Shown here in pieces: positions 8,632 through 18,263 of a DNA stretch of 32,000 nucleotides. The notes below the pieces were generated by a model. The model was not told where the DNA came from. It saw only the letters and a list, made by a program, of their open reading frames with translations, and did not search any database. The DNA is from Candidatus Babelota bacterium (GTDB taxonomy: Bacteria; Babelota; Babeliae; Babelales; Vermiphilaceae): assembly GCA_039809905.1 (NCBI GenBank), contig JBDHVY010000001.1, positions 1,020,001 through 1,052,000 on the forward strand. The letters are read 5' to 3'. The translations under genes were made by a program, and so were the position numbers. The number at the start of each line of letters is the position of its first letter. Positions within the stretch are counted from its first letter, which is position 1.

Positions 8632-10883
8632 AAAAAAGAATTCGCATCTTAGTTTTATCAATTTTTTTCTCGTTTAATGTTTCTTGTGCGATGGAAAAAG
8701 ATGAAATACCTCTTCTATATCTAGCATATGTAGGAATGGTAGGTGTATTTTTTGGTGCAATAATTGGTAAAATAGTGAAAAATTATTGCGCAATAAAAGA
8801 ACTTGCAAATAAAAAAGAAGAACTTACGCGCCAAATAAAAGAAGAAAAAGAGATTCAGAAATTCGCATCTGAGAAAGAACGTGAGATAACTGAGCTACAT
8901 AAAGCTTGTGAGTCTAATGATATAGAAAAAGTTGCATCATTATTAGAAAGCAAAAAATTCGATATTAATGCGCAATATAAAACAAATGATGGGTGGTATA
9001 GCCAGAAAGATAAAACGCCTTTACATGTCGCCTGTGAAAGTGGAAACGAAGACATTGTCGACCTTTTGCTTTCGCAAAATGATATAGATCTTACGATACA
9101 AGATTTGCAAGGCAATACTGCGTTTCATATAGCATGCAGCAAAGAAAATGTATATATAGTCAAAAACTTATTTTTATGTGATAAAAAATTTGATATCAAC
9201 CTAAAAAATAAAAAAGAACAAACTCCTTTAACTTTAGCCTATCTTAATAAATCTTATGATGTTTTTTCATTCCTTTTAGAGCTGGAAGACATTGATCCAA
9301 TGGAAACTTTATGCGTTGCTTGTTATTACAACGATAGTGTGAGTTTTGAGAGATTATTAAAGCATAAAAACATTGAATTTCAGGATAATCGCGCGTTATA
9401 TGTGGCATGTAGAATGGGGTATGTTGAGATGGTTCGCACGTTACTCGAATACAATAAAAATGATTGCATGAAGGTTAATGAATTAGTGAAAGTAGATGCT
9501 GAATGGTATCGAGAAAAACCAAGTGGTTGGCCCTATCGTTGCTATAACCCGCTTCTTATAACTTGTTGGGAATTGATAACACCAAGAAATATTTTGTATA
9601 AAAGTGAGAGGAAAACTGGTTTTATTCGTGAAAAATTTATTGAAATCATAAAATTATTACTTGCGCATCAATTTATTGATGTGAGTAAAAAAGTTGGAAA
9701 TTCTTGTCAAAGCAATGATGAAACATATGAAAGCGTAATTCATTTGGTTGTTTCTGATTCAGAACTATTACAATTATTATTAGCAAAAGATGCATCGTTT
9801 ATTAACGTAAAATGTTACCAAGAAACGCCTCTAGAGATCGCTATCAAAGAAGGTAATATAGATTCGGTTAGATTGCTCATTAAGCATGGAGCTGATATAT
9901 TTACAGAGGATTATCGAGGATACAATGCATTGGGATTGGCATGTGAAAGTGTGGCACAAGATAGCAATAATGCCTCAAGGATAGATATAGCTAAAGAATT
10001 GTTAGAAGCATACAATTTTTCAGGTAAGGAATGTATGGAAAAAGATATACGTTGTTTATCTGAGTGTTTATATTTACTGATTTCTAAAAAAGGAACAACG
10101 CATAAAGATATATGTAATCAATTGCTCTTATATGGAGCGGATCCCCATTATACGATTCGAAAACTGTGGTATGAAAAAACACAGAAAAAGTGTAAGTTCT
10201 ATCCAGAAAAAAAGAAAAACTTTTTTTCTTCTCCTGCATTAAAAGCCGCAAAATATGATGTGCCTATTCTCAATATATTCCTCAATAAGCACCCTATAGC
10301 TTTTACTCAGAGAAATCATCGTGAACATACTATACTTTTTAGAGCTTTTATGTTTAATCAGATACAGCGTCTGGAAGAAGTTCAGTATTTTAAAGATCTT
10401 GATCAACAACAAAAACAAAAAGAGATTAAATCGGAGCTTTGCAATCTTATATACTGTGTTCCAAGCGATATTATTAAACTGGACAAGTATGATTTCTATG
10501 AAAAGAAAAAAGAAAATGCGAATAATACCATACAACGTCTGTATACTTTTGCAGCAACATGCAATGGTTATGCTAAAATAGATACTCAGATGCTCGAGGC
10601 TGCATATATACATGCAAAAGCAAGATCATATCTTGATGCTGATGGTAATTGGCAACGAGGTGTTTGGTTGGCAGAGCGTGAAGCTAATGGAGATCATTAT
10701 GTTGAGGTGAATGAGACTTATAATGAACTAACTTTACATGCGCTTATCCAGCACATTAATCCTCAAACACCTGAGCAGAAAGCTGATAAGGCAATTGCGC
10801 TTAAATATAAAGAAAATCCCACACAATATTATTTGTCTTATAAGAAAAAGGATATTAAGGATTATTTTTTAAGTATGGCATAA
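8628..10883 (+). CDS. Exported ankyrin-repeat protein, 751 aa, tandem paralog of the preceding gene
   Basis: ATGA overlap with the upstream stop; same signal peptide, ankyrin array (TPLHVACESGNEDIVDLLLSQNDIDL, TPLEIAIKEGNIDSVRLLIKHGADI) and C-terminal region (LHALIQHINPQTPEQKADKAIALKYKENPTQYYLS). Confidence 0.9.
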   Translation: MKKRIRILVLSIFFSFNVSCAMEKDEIPLLYLAYVGMVGVFFGAIIGKIVKNYCAIKELANKKEELTRQIKEEKEIQKFASEKEREITELHKACESNDIEKVASLLESKKFDINAQYKTNDGWYSQKDKTPLHVACESGNEDIVDLLLSQNDIDLTIQDLQGNTAFHIACSKENVYIVKNLFLCDKKFDINLKNKKEQTPLTLAYLNKSYDVFSFLLELEDIDPMETLCVACYYNDSVSFERLLKHKNIEFQDNRALYVACRMGYVEMVRTLLEYNKNDCMKVNELVKVDAEWYREKPSGWPYRCYNPLLITCWELITPRNILYKSERKTGFIREKFIEIIKLLLAHQFIDVSKKVGNSCQSNDETYESVIHLVVSDSELLQLLLAKDASFINVKCYQETPLEIAIKEGNIDSVRLLIKHGADIFTEDYRGYNALGLACESVAQDSNNASRIDIAKELLEAYNFSGKECMEKDIRCLSECLYLLISKKGTTHKDICNQLLLYGADPHYTIRKLWYEKTQKKCKFYPEKKKNFFSSPALKAAKYDVPILNIFLNKHPIAFTQRNHREHTILFRAFMFNQIQRLEEVQYFKDLDQQQKQKEIKSELCNLIYCVPSDIIKLDKYDFYEKKKENANNTIQRLYTFAATCNGYAKIDTQMLEAAYIHAKARSYLDADGNWQRGVWLAEREANGDHYVEVNETYNELTLHALIQHINPQTPEQKADKAIALKYKENPTQYYLSYKKKDIKDYFLSMA

Positions 10884-10901
10884 AATGTAATATAATCAGC
10901 A

Positions 10902-11030
10902 TCAGAAATTATTAACGATACGCTCTTTGGTTATCTTATCGATTTTTTTTTGTTGACGAGTTCTCTTTCTGCAACTGGGAAATAAAGTAAATAATAATGT
11001 GCATAATAACATAATTGTTCTTATATCCAT
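10902..11030 (-). CDS. Putative small lipoprotein, 42 aa, absent from the supplied ORF track
   Basis: Reverse ORF MDIRTIMLLCTLLFTLFPSCRKRTRQQKKIDKITKERIVNNF; hydrophobic signal plus lipobox-like FPSC; RBS-like AAGGGA upstream of the ATG. Confidence 0.4.
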   Translation of the reverse strand: MDIRTIMLLCTLLFTLFPSCRKRTRQQKKIDKITKERIVNNF

Positions 11031-11136
11031 AAACGTCCCTTTTTAATTAGCTCCATGCTCCATTATAGTGCTCAGAACCACTATACAAAATTATAACGAT
11101 CATTTACAATGCAAGCATATGTTTATAAGGAATTAC

Positions 11137-11475
11137 ATGAAAAATATTCTCTTTTTATCTGGTGTGCTCTCTGTAAGATTGATTTTTGGCATGAGCTATA
11201 AAGATGTCTTAATAGAAAATAATAGCAACCGTACCATATCAATTGGATATAAAGACCCAGCTTGTTGTATAGTAGAAAAGTTGCAGCCACATAAGCGACT
11301 TGTTTTAGACTCCTCTATTCCTTTTCTTATTATTCGTTATCAAAATAATCAGCATAAGATCCGTCTAGAAAATATCGGATACCATTTTGTTGTAGAAGCA
11401 AAAAAAGATGGTAATGAAGGTGATTTGATAATACGTGAATATGATGATCGATATATTTTAAAGCGCAATAGTTAA
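11137..11475 (+). CDS. Small exported protein, 112 aa; start at the in-frame ATG 11137 preferred over 11068
   Basis: Signal peptide MKNILFLSGVLSVRLIFG and RBS-like AAGGA immediately upstream of the ATG at 11137. Confidence 0.65.
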   Translation: MKNILFLSGVLSVRLIFGMSYKDVLIENNSNRTISIGYKDPACCIVEKLQPHKRLVLDSSIPFLIIRYQNNQHKIRLENIGYHFVVEAKKDGNEGDLIIREYDDRYILKRNS

Positions 11476-11496
11476 TTCTTATAAAAGAGGTTTTAT

Positions 11497-11868
11497 ATGC
11501 ATCATGGCAAGGTCTTTTTAATAATAAATATCTTCATTATTGGAATATCTTCAAAGAGCATTGTGGGAATGGAAAGGCTTTCTATTGAAAATAGATGTAA
11601 ACATTCCATTAAGATTAAATGTATAGTTACTGCTCCAAATCATACCTATGAGATAATGTCTTACTCATCATTTGATGTTAAAGTATCTGCAGGCAAGAAA
11701 AAAGATCTGCAATCATTAGAGTATATAAAAGTAAATCTAAAAAAATCAGAAACAAAACACTTAGTAGATGTTGCTTTGGCAAGATCACTTGTTATTAGCC
11801 AAAATAAAAGTAATCTGGATGAAATAGAGATTAATGGTTTTGTTTTTCAACTTGTTAAAGTAAAGTAA
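11497..11868 (+). CDS. Small exported protein, 123 aa
   Basis: Hydrophobic N-terminus (MHHGKVFLIINIFIIGISSKSIVG); RBS-like AGAGG upstream; N-terminal pattern LSIENRCKHSIKIKCIV matches its neighbours. Confidence 0.65.
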   Translation: MHHGKVFLIINIFIIGISSKSIVGMERLSIENRCKHSIKIKCIVTAPNHTYEIMSYSSFDVKVSAGKKKDLQSLEYIKVNLKKSETKHLVDVALARSLVISQNKSNLDEIEINGFVFQLVKVK

Positions 11869-11907
11869 TGAAGATGGCAAGAGATTCAATATAAGCAAAG
11901 GAGAGCG

Positions 11908-12282
11908 ATGAAGCGTGTTATAGTTATCAGCACTTTATTGGTTGTTAGCAATATTTTTTCATCCGAAAAATTAGTTGTTACCAATCAGACGAATAGATGG
12001 ATTCGTATATTGTATGCCCATTCAAAATCTCCACATGTGTTTGGTGAAGACAGATTACTACCTGACCATATATCAGTGGCTCCTCGTGAAATAAAAAAAA
12101 TGCCACATACATCAATAAATCCTAAAACAATTGGTTTAGAGGTTGCTAATAAAATTTTGAGGGATTTTGACCGTATTCCTGTTGATCCTGAAAATAGGCA
12201 TATTATTGTTACAGAAGCGGTGCCCGGAGAATTTAAGCTTTTTCAGAATGATGCTATGATAGCATGTGTACGAATTAAGTGA
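11908..12282 (+). CDS. Small exported protein, 124 aa
   Basis: Signal peptide MKRVIVISTLLVVSNIFSS; RBS-like AAGGAGAG upstream; pattern LVVTNQTNRWIRILYA matches its neighbours. Confidence 0.7.
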   Translation: MKRVIVISTLLVVSNIFSSEKLVVTNQTNRWIRILYAHSKSPHVFGEDRLLPDHISVAPREIKKMPHTSINPKTIGLEVANKILRDFDRIPVDPENRHIIVTEAVPGEFKLFQNDAMIACVRIK

Positions 12283-12296
12283 TTTTTGTTGCAACA

Positions 12297-12328
12297 AAAA
12301 AAGCCGCCTTTAAAAAAGCGGCTTTTTT
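12297..12328. terminator. Rho-independent terminator, probably bidirectional
   Basis: AAAAAAGCCGC / GCGGCTTTTTT hairpin between convergent genes. Confidence 0.85.
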
Positions 12329-12353
12329 AATAAGTTGATTTTCTGATTAATGC

Positions 12354-12539
12354 TTAAAATTTTGCATTAGACTTTTGATCGTTATCAGTATCTATTTCTT
12401 CTGTTTCGAAAATGGTATTGTCCATCTCAATCATGGTGTTGATTTCTGGCTGAGTAGATTGGATCTTTTTTTTGTTGCATGCTGGAGCAAATGTTAATAC
12501 AGTGATGCAAATCAATGAAGAAAATAACTGCTTGTTCAT
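12354..12539 (-). CDS. Putative small lipoprotein, 61 aa
   Basis: MNKQLFSSLICITVLTFAPACNKKK: signal peptide with lipobox-like FAPAC, acidic tail. Confidence 0.6.
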   Translation of the reverse strand: MNKQLFSSLICITVLTFAPACNKKKIQSTQPEINTMIEMDNTIFETEEIDTDNDQKSNAKF

Positions 12540-12562
12540 GATGAACTCCGTTGTAAGTATGT

Positions 12563-14995
12563 TTATAATGTTTTTGCTTTAGCTTTTTTAGTTGGACGCT
12601 TTTTCATTGGTCTTATTTTTGCATCAAAAGGATTTTTTTCAAAGGCAATTTTCAGCACTTCATCCATGTTGCTTGCAAATTTAATGTTTAAACCATCCAA
12701 AGACATCTCTTTTTTAATGTCTTGTAAATCATCATAATTTTCTTGAGGCATAATAATAGTAGGACATCCATGTTGTTTTGCCGCAAGAATTTTCTCTTTA
12801 AGCCCACCAATGGAAAGAATTCTTCCTTGTAAGGTGATTTCACCAGTCATGGCTAGCTTTTGCTTTGTTGGATTATTAGTAAGAGCAGAAACGAGTGCGG
12901 TACAAATAGTTATGCCAGCAGAAGGGCCATCTTTTGGTGTTGCACCTTCAGGGATATGTAGATGAATATCATTGGCGGAGTAAAAACTTGGTTTTAATCC
13001 CAAATCTTTTGCACGCGATCTGATATAACTCATCGCTGCTTGTGCTGATTCTTGCATCACTTCACCTAATTGTCCTGTGAGTGTAAGTCCGCCTTTTCCG
13101 GTAAGTACTGATGTTTCAATTTCTAAAACATCACCGCCAACCTCTGTCCACGCTAAACCTGTTGCAAGGCCGATTCGTTCTTTTTTCTGACTCATGCTGG
13201 TTTTTTTATTAACCGATGTTCCAAGCCATTCTAAAACAATAGCTTTAGTAATGGTATGAGATTTAATTTTTTCATCTTTCAAAAGCAGCTGAATAGTTTT
13301 ACGCATCAGTTTTGCAATCAAACGTTCAAGCTGACGTACACCAGCTTCTTTGGTGTATTCATCAATAATAGATAAAATAACCTCATCGGAAATAATAAAT
13401 TGTTTTTTTGTTAAGTTATATTCTTTTAAATTCTTTGGAATAAGAAATTGATTAGTGATTGCAAGCTTTTCATATTCTGAATAACCAGAAAGATGTACAA
13501 TTTCCAGACGATCATATAAAGGATATGGAATTTGATCCATCATGTTTGCGGTAGCAATAAACATAACCTGTGATAAATCATACCCAATATCAAGAAAGTG
13601 ATCGGTAAAGTTCTTATTCTGTTCTGAATCAAGTACCTCGAGTAATGCTGCTGAAGGATCACCATGCATATCGCGAGACATTTTATCAATTTCATCAAGT
13701 AAAATAACCGGATTTACAACACTTGCTTTTTTCATTGCTTGGATAATTTTACCTGGCAATGCACCAATGTATGTACGTCTGTGTCCGCGAATTTCAGCTT
13801 CATCTCGTACGCCACCCAATGAAATACGGATAAATTCTCGTCCCATGCTTTCTGCAATAGAGCGAGCTAATGATGTTTTACCCACTCCTGGAGGGCCGAC
13901 AAGACAAATAACTGGTGAGCGATGTAAATTTTTAGAGAATTTTTTTGCTGCAATAAATTCGATAATACGTTCTTTTGCTTTTTTTAATCCTGCATGATTC
14001 TTATCTAAAATTTTTTCAGCTTCGGCAATATTAATAGTATCTTTGCTGGCTTTTTGCCATGGCAATGAAAGAATCCAATCAATATAATTTCTGCTGACAA
14101 CAGCTTCTGATGAAAGTGGTGGCATCTGTTCAAGTCTTTTCAATTCACTTTCGGCTTTTTGTTGTGCTTCTTTAGTAAGTCCAGCGTTTTTTATTTTTTG
14201 GCGCATAGAGGCAATCTCTTCTGATTGATCCTCGCGACCCAATTCTTTTTGAATAGCTTTCATTTGTTCGTGGAGATAATATTCACGTTGGTTTTTATCA
14301 ACCTGAGTCTGAATTTGTCCACGAATGCGTTGCTCTGTTTGTAATATATCAATCTCTTTTTCCAAGAAATAACATAATTTAAGCATACGTAGGCTCAAAT
14401 CAGGCAATTCGAGGATAGATTGTCGTTCTTCAAGAGATAAATTATTGATATGAACAGCAATGGTATCTACCATAAAATCTATGTCTTGGATTGATTTTAC
14501 ATTGGCAGTAAGGTCTGATGGTGCTTTGTCATTAAGTGTCGAATACATGGTATATAATTGTAGGGTTTCTCGCCATGTTGCTTCAAGCTCAGTAGACAGT
14601 TTCACGTTAGGAGTTGCAAGATCTTCATATTTAACTTTAATAAAGCCATCTTCATGATTTTCAAAAGCAACCGCTTTTGCCCGACAAAGACCTTCAGCAA
14701 GTATTTTTAATGGTCCGTTTGGTGTGCGCATAACTTGTAAAATAGTCGAGCGAGTACCATAGGTAAAGACATCGTCATGAGTTGGCGTTTCTGTATTAGC
14801 ATCTTTTTGTGCAGAAACAAAAAGCATTCGATCTGTTTTTAAAGCATGTTCTACAGCTTTAATTGATATATCGCGGCCAACAATGACAGGAATAATGCTT
14901 TTAGGCAGCATTGCTATATTTTTAAGTGGCAAAAGGGGCAAAAACTCTTCAGATGCTGTTATCGGTGCCAATTTTTTATTTTTTTCTTTTTTCAT
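12563..14995 (-). CDS. lon: ATP-dependent Lon protease
   Basis: [21 protein letters not shown]-domain; [15 protein letters not shown] Walker A; [10 protein letters not shown] Walker B; [17 protein letters not shown] catalytic Ser; 810 aa. Confidence 0.97.
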   Translation of the reverse strand: MKKEKNKKLAPITASEEFLPLLPLKNIAMLPKSIIPVIVGRDISIKAVEHALKTDRMLFVSAQKDANTETPTHDDVFTYGTRSTILQVMRTPNGPLKILAEGLCRAKAVAFENHEDGFIKVKYEDLATPNVKLSTELEATWRETLQLYTMYSTLNDKAPSDLTANVKSIQDIDFMVDTIAVHINNLSLEERQSILELPDLSLRMLKLCYFLEKEIDILQTEQRIRGQIQTQVDKNQREYYLHEQMKAIQKELGREDQSEEIASMRQKIKNAGLTKEAQQKAESELKRLEQMPPLSSEAVVSRNYIDWILSLPWQKASKDTINIAEAEKILDKNHAGLKKAKERIIEFIAAKKFSKNLHRSPVICLVGPPGVGKTSLARSIAESMGREFIRISLGGVRDEAEIRGHRRTYIGALPGKIIQAMKKASVVNPVILLDEIDKMSRDMHGDPSAALLEVLDSEQNKNFTDHFLDIGYDLSQVMFIATANMMDQIPYPLYDRLEIVHLSGYSEYEKLAITNQFLIPKNLKEYNLTKKQFIISDEVILSIIDEYTKEAGVRQLERLIAKLMRKTIQLLLKDEKIKSHTITKAIVLEWLGTSVNKKTSMSQKKERIGLATGLAWTEVGGDVLEIETSVLTGKGGLTLTGQLGEVMQESAQAAMSYIRSRAKDLGLKPSFYSANDIHLHIPEGATPKDGPSAGITICTALVSALTNNPTKQKLAMTGEITLQGRILSIGGLKEKILAAKQHGCPTIIMPQENYDDLQDIKKEMSLDGLNIKFASNMDEVLKIAFEKNPFDAKIRPMKKRPTKKAKAKTL

Positions 14996-15254
14996 AGTGC
15001 TTCCCCCTTTGGATGATTATAAGCGGTCTTATTCCTTTTAAGAGTAGATTATTGCCGTGTTTTGTCAATCAAAAGATATGTTTCTAATTGAATTATGTTG
15101 ACTGCGAGAAATGATTATCGCAATATAACAAGAAAAAAAATGACCTTATAGTGATGATTTTAATAATATAATTTTTACAAATCATTAATCCTCTGCTAAA
15201 TTTATGAGGGTAAAGTAAGTTTTTACAGTAATAATATTATTTTTATTCGGAAGG

Positions 15255-16619
15255 GTGTCGATGTTAAAACGTCTTGCGACGATGCTTTGGGGAAATTTTG
15301 AGAGTAGGGAAGAGCTGAAAAAATTTGGCATTCTTGCTCTTATTTTTTGTGGAATAATTGCGATTTATTGGGCGCTTCGTCCAATGAAAGATAGTATTTT
15401 TAATGCGATGGTTGGTGTTGCATGGCAGCCATATGCGAAGATCCTTTCTCTTTTTGTTATTTTTCCTATAGTAATTCTCTATAGTAAACTTGTTGATACC
15501 TTTCCTCGTCATAAAGTTTTTTATTTCTTAACAGCTCTTTATGGTGTTATAGCTTTGGTCATGTTCTTTTGCTTCTCCGATTCTTCAATGGGGCTTGCAA
15601 ATACGGTAAAAAGCCCAACACGTATCCTTGGCTGGGTATGGTATATTTGGGTTGAAAGCTTTGGTTCATTGATGGTAGCTCTTTTCTGGGCTATTGTGAC
15701 TGATATCACTGCTCCAGAATCAGCAAAACGAGGATTTCCGTTAATTGCTCTTTTTGGTCAAGTAGGAAACATGGTTGGGCCATTCTTTTTGAATGCAAAA
15801 GCTTTAGGTTTCTCTAACAGTGCGCCGGTAGTAGGTATTTTAGCTGGAATGTTGTTCTTGATAGGATTTATGTTCTGGGTATTTATGCATGTTACTCCTG
15901 CTCACCAATTAAAAGGGTATAGAGCAGAAGGTGAAGAAGAAGTTGAAAGCGAACCAGGGTTTTTTGAAGGGTTGAAACTCTTAGTAACTCAAGGATATTT
16001 GCTTGGCTTGTTCTTGATCATCACTATTTACGAAGTTATTGTGACAATTTTAGATTATCACTTTAAATGCAGTGTGGCAGAATCATTTGTCAACGAAGCT
16101 GAAGTTGGTTCTTACTTAGCATCATATGCAACATGGACTGGCCTTGTTTCAACATTGTGCGTTTTGTTAGGTATAAATAGTATACAACGTATTTTGGGTA
16201 TGCGTGCATCATTGTTAATGCTTCCGGCATTAACCACTGCAGCGGTTATTTTGATTAAAATGAACCCGCAATCACTCGTTATTGCTTTCTGGATCATGGT
16301 ATTCTCAAAAGCAGTTAACTATGCGTTGAATCAGCCAACATTAAAACAACTTTATATTCCAACATCTAAAGATACTAAATATAAAGCACAAGCATGGATT
16401 GAAATGTTTGGTGGGCGTCTATCAAAAGGAAGCGGATCGTATATTAATACATTCCGTGCGCCAATGTTAGCTCATTATAATGCTATTGATGGTGTTGCTC
16501 GCTTCCTGATGTTTAGTTCAATTATTTCCTTTGGTCTTGTTGGCGTATGGCTTTTAGTTGCAATTTATGTTGCTAAAAGATATGACAAAGCAATCAAAGA
16601 AAAACGTATTGTTTGCTAA
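15255..16619 (+). CDS. NTT-family nucleotide translocase (ADP/ATP-type transporter); ATG at 15261 is an alternative start to GTG 15255
   Basis: Polytopic membrane protein with NTT features: YWALRPMKDSIFNAM, WQPYAKILSLFVIFPIVILYSKLVD, FGQVGNMVGP, LKQLYIPTSKDTKYKAQAWIEMFGGRLSKGSGSYI. Confidence 0.9.
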   Translation: MSMLKRLATMLWGNFESREELKKFGILALIFCGIIAIYWALRPMKDSIFNAMVGVAWQPYAKILSLFVIFPIVILYSKLVDTFPRHKVFYFLTALYGVIALVMFFCFSDSSMGLANTVKSPTRILGWVWYIWVESFGSLMVALFWAIVTDITAPESAKRGFPLIALFGQVGNMVGPFFLNAKALGFSNSAPVVGILAGMLFLIGFMFWVFMHVTPAHQLKGYRAEGEEEVESEPGFFEGLKLLVTQGYLLGLFLIITIYEVIVTILDYHFKCSVAESFVNEAEVGSYLASYATWTGLVSTLCVLLGINSIQRILGMRASLLMLPALTTAAVILIKMNPQSLVIAFWIMVFSKAVNYALNQPTLKQLYIPTSKDTKYKAQAWIEMFGGRLSKGSGSYINTFRAPMLAHYNAIDGVARFLMFSSIISFGLVGVWLLVAIYVAKRYDKAIKEKRIVC

Positions 16620-16638
16620 TATATATGCATAATAAATA

Positions 16639-16678
16639 AAAAAAGGCCTTCTAATTAATCTTTTAGAAGGCTTTTTTT
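16639..16678 (+). terminator. Rho-independent terminator after the first NTT gene
   Basis: GCCTTCTA / TAGAAGGC stem followed by a T7 tract, preceded by an A tract. Confidence 0.85.
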
Positions 16679-16725
16679 GGGTAAAAACAGTATTGTGATT
16701 GATAAGGACTCTATTTCATCCCCGA

Positions 16726-16770
16726 TCTTCAATGGGGTCCTTAACGAAGAATGCGAAGCTGGGGTTAAAA
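16726..16770 (+). repeat. Interspersed hairpin-like element, copy A (upstream of the second NTT gene)
   Basis: TCTTCAATGGGGTCCTTAACGAAGAATGCGAAGCTGGGGTTAAAA; aligns with the elements at 19554..19600, 19644..19690 and 27824..27870. Confidence 0.5.
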
Positions 16771-16788
16771 GGGTTTGGGTTAATTAGG

Positions 16789-18183
16789 ATGGGATCTAAA
16801 GTTAGACAAATGGTACGTGGACTATTTGAGATTGAACCGCAAGAGCGGATGAAACTCTTTTTCTTGTCTCTTCTTTATTTTCTTGTGGTAGGTGCTTATA
16901 CAATGACGCGCGATCTTAAAAGTGCCATCTTTTTGGAGATCGTTGGCAAAGAGTATATACCATGGGTAAAAATAGTTTCGATGTTTATGCTCGTTCCTGC
17001 TATTTTTTTCTATTCACGCCTTGTTGATAAGGTTCGCCGATACCAATTATTGATTGTTTACAGTATTATTTTTGGTGTAGCAAATTTAATTTTTGCTTAC
17101 TACATAGGACATCCAGAAATTGGGATTTTGAATACTCACGAACATCCGACTCGCTTATTTGCGTGGTTTTTCTATTTTTTTGTTGAAGGATATTCGCCAT
17201 TTGTAGTTGGAGTTTTTTGGGCGCTGGCAAACTCGGTTAATAGTCCCGCTGAAGCAAAAAGAAATTATGGCTATATGGTAGCAGGTTCAAAATTTGGTGG
17301 AATGGTTGCTGCTGCATTAGCGTGGTATATATTTGACTTGAGCGCTTCCATGGCATACCCTCATTTTACTCATGTAGTAGCTCATCAAGTGATTCTTGTT
17401 ATATCAACCTTATTCTTAGCATTAGTTCCTATCGTTGCTTTATTATTCATCAAAACAGTTCCTGGACATCTTTTACATGGATATGAGGCTGCATATAAAT
17501 TAGAAAAGCAATCTGTTCAAGCTAAACCAAGTATGTTCGCCGGGCTTGAAATGTTTGCAAAATACCCGTATGTGCTTGGTATTTTTGGTATGATCTTCTT
17601 TTATGAAGTTGTATCAACAGCATTGAGTTTTTTGAGGCTTGGCGTAGCTGAAGCTGGTGCATCATCAATTTCTGACGTTTCCAAAGGGCTCTTTGAAATG
17701 GCATTTAAAGCCCATCTTGTTGGATTTGTTATTTCCTTAATTGGAACGCAAGCCTTACTTTCTCGGTTAGGAACGCGTATTTGTTTGATGCTTATTCCTC
17801 TTTCTATGGGCGGAATACTTTTCTATCTGGTATTTGAAACGTCTCCAGCAGCATTGCGAAATGCTTTTGCTATATTTACAGCACTTAATTATGCCTTCCT
17901 TGCTCCTGTTCGTGAGAGTTTATATTTGCCAACAGTTAAAGAGATCAAGTTTAAATCAAAATCATGGATTGATGCTTTTGGTAGTAAGTTTTCCAAGGCA
18001 ACGGGATCGATGTTTAATGTTTTTGTTTCAAGAATTGGATCAGCACATATTTTGCCCGTTTATTCCTTCTTTTTTGCGGGGATAATATGTATGTGGTTTG
18101 GCGTGGCATTTTTGCTGGGTCGCCGATTTGAAAAGGCTATTGTTAATAATGAAGTTATAGGTAGTGAAGAAGAAAATGCTTAA
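16789..18183 (+). CDS. Second NTT-family nucleotide translocase; start preferred at ATG 16789 (TTG 16699 and ATG 16732 are in-frame alternatives)
   Basis: LRDLK-like site TMTRDLKSAIFLEIVGKEYIPWVKI, GYMVAGSKFGGMVAAALA, APVRESLYLPTVKEIKFKSKSWIDAFGSKFSKATGSMF. Residues upstream of 16789 overlap repeat copy A and look non-coding. Confidence 0.85.
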   Translation: MGSKVRQMVRGLFEIEPQERMKLFFLSLLYFLVVGAYTMTRDLKSAIFLEIVGKEYIPWVKIVSMFMLVPAIFFYSRLVDKVRRYQLLIVYSIIFGVANLIFAYYIGHPEIGILNTHEHPTRLFAWFFYFFVEGYSPFVVGVFWALANSVNSPAEAKRNYGYMVAGSKFGGMVAAALAWYIFDLSASMAYPHFTHVVAHQVILVISTLFLALVPIVALLFIKTVPGHLLHGYEAAYKLEKQSVQAKPSMFAGLEMFAKYPYVLGIFGMIFFYEVVSTALSFLRLGVAEAGASSISDVSKGLFEMAFKAHLVGFVISLIGTQALLSRLGTRICLMLIPLSMGGILFYLVFETSPAALRNAFAIFTALNYAFLAPVRESLYLPTVKEIKFKSKSWIDAFGSKFSKATGSMFNVFVSRIGSAHILPVYSFFFAGIICMWFGVAFLLGRRFEKAIVNNEVIGSEEENA

Positions 18184-18263
18184 AGCATTGCGTTATGCAT
18201 TGCATTTTTTTCTTATTTTGTTACACTTTCAATGAATGAAATAAAATCATAAAGGATGTTTGG

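Noticed and set aside
18184-18240. Terminator in GCATTGCGTTATGCATTGCATTTTTTT after the second NTT gene
   Set aside because: GCATTGC...GCATTGC is mainly a direct repeat with only weak pairing potential; the T run alone is insufficient to call it.
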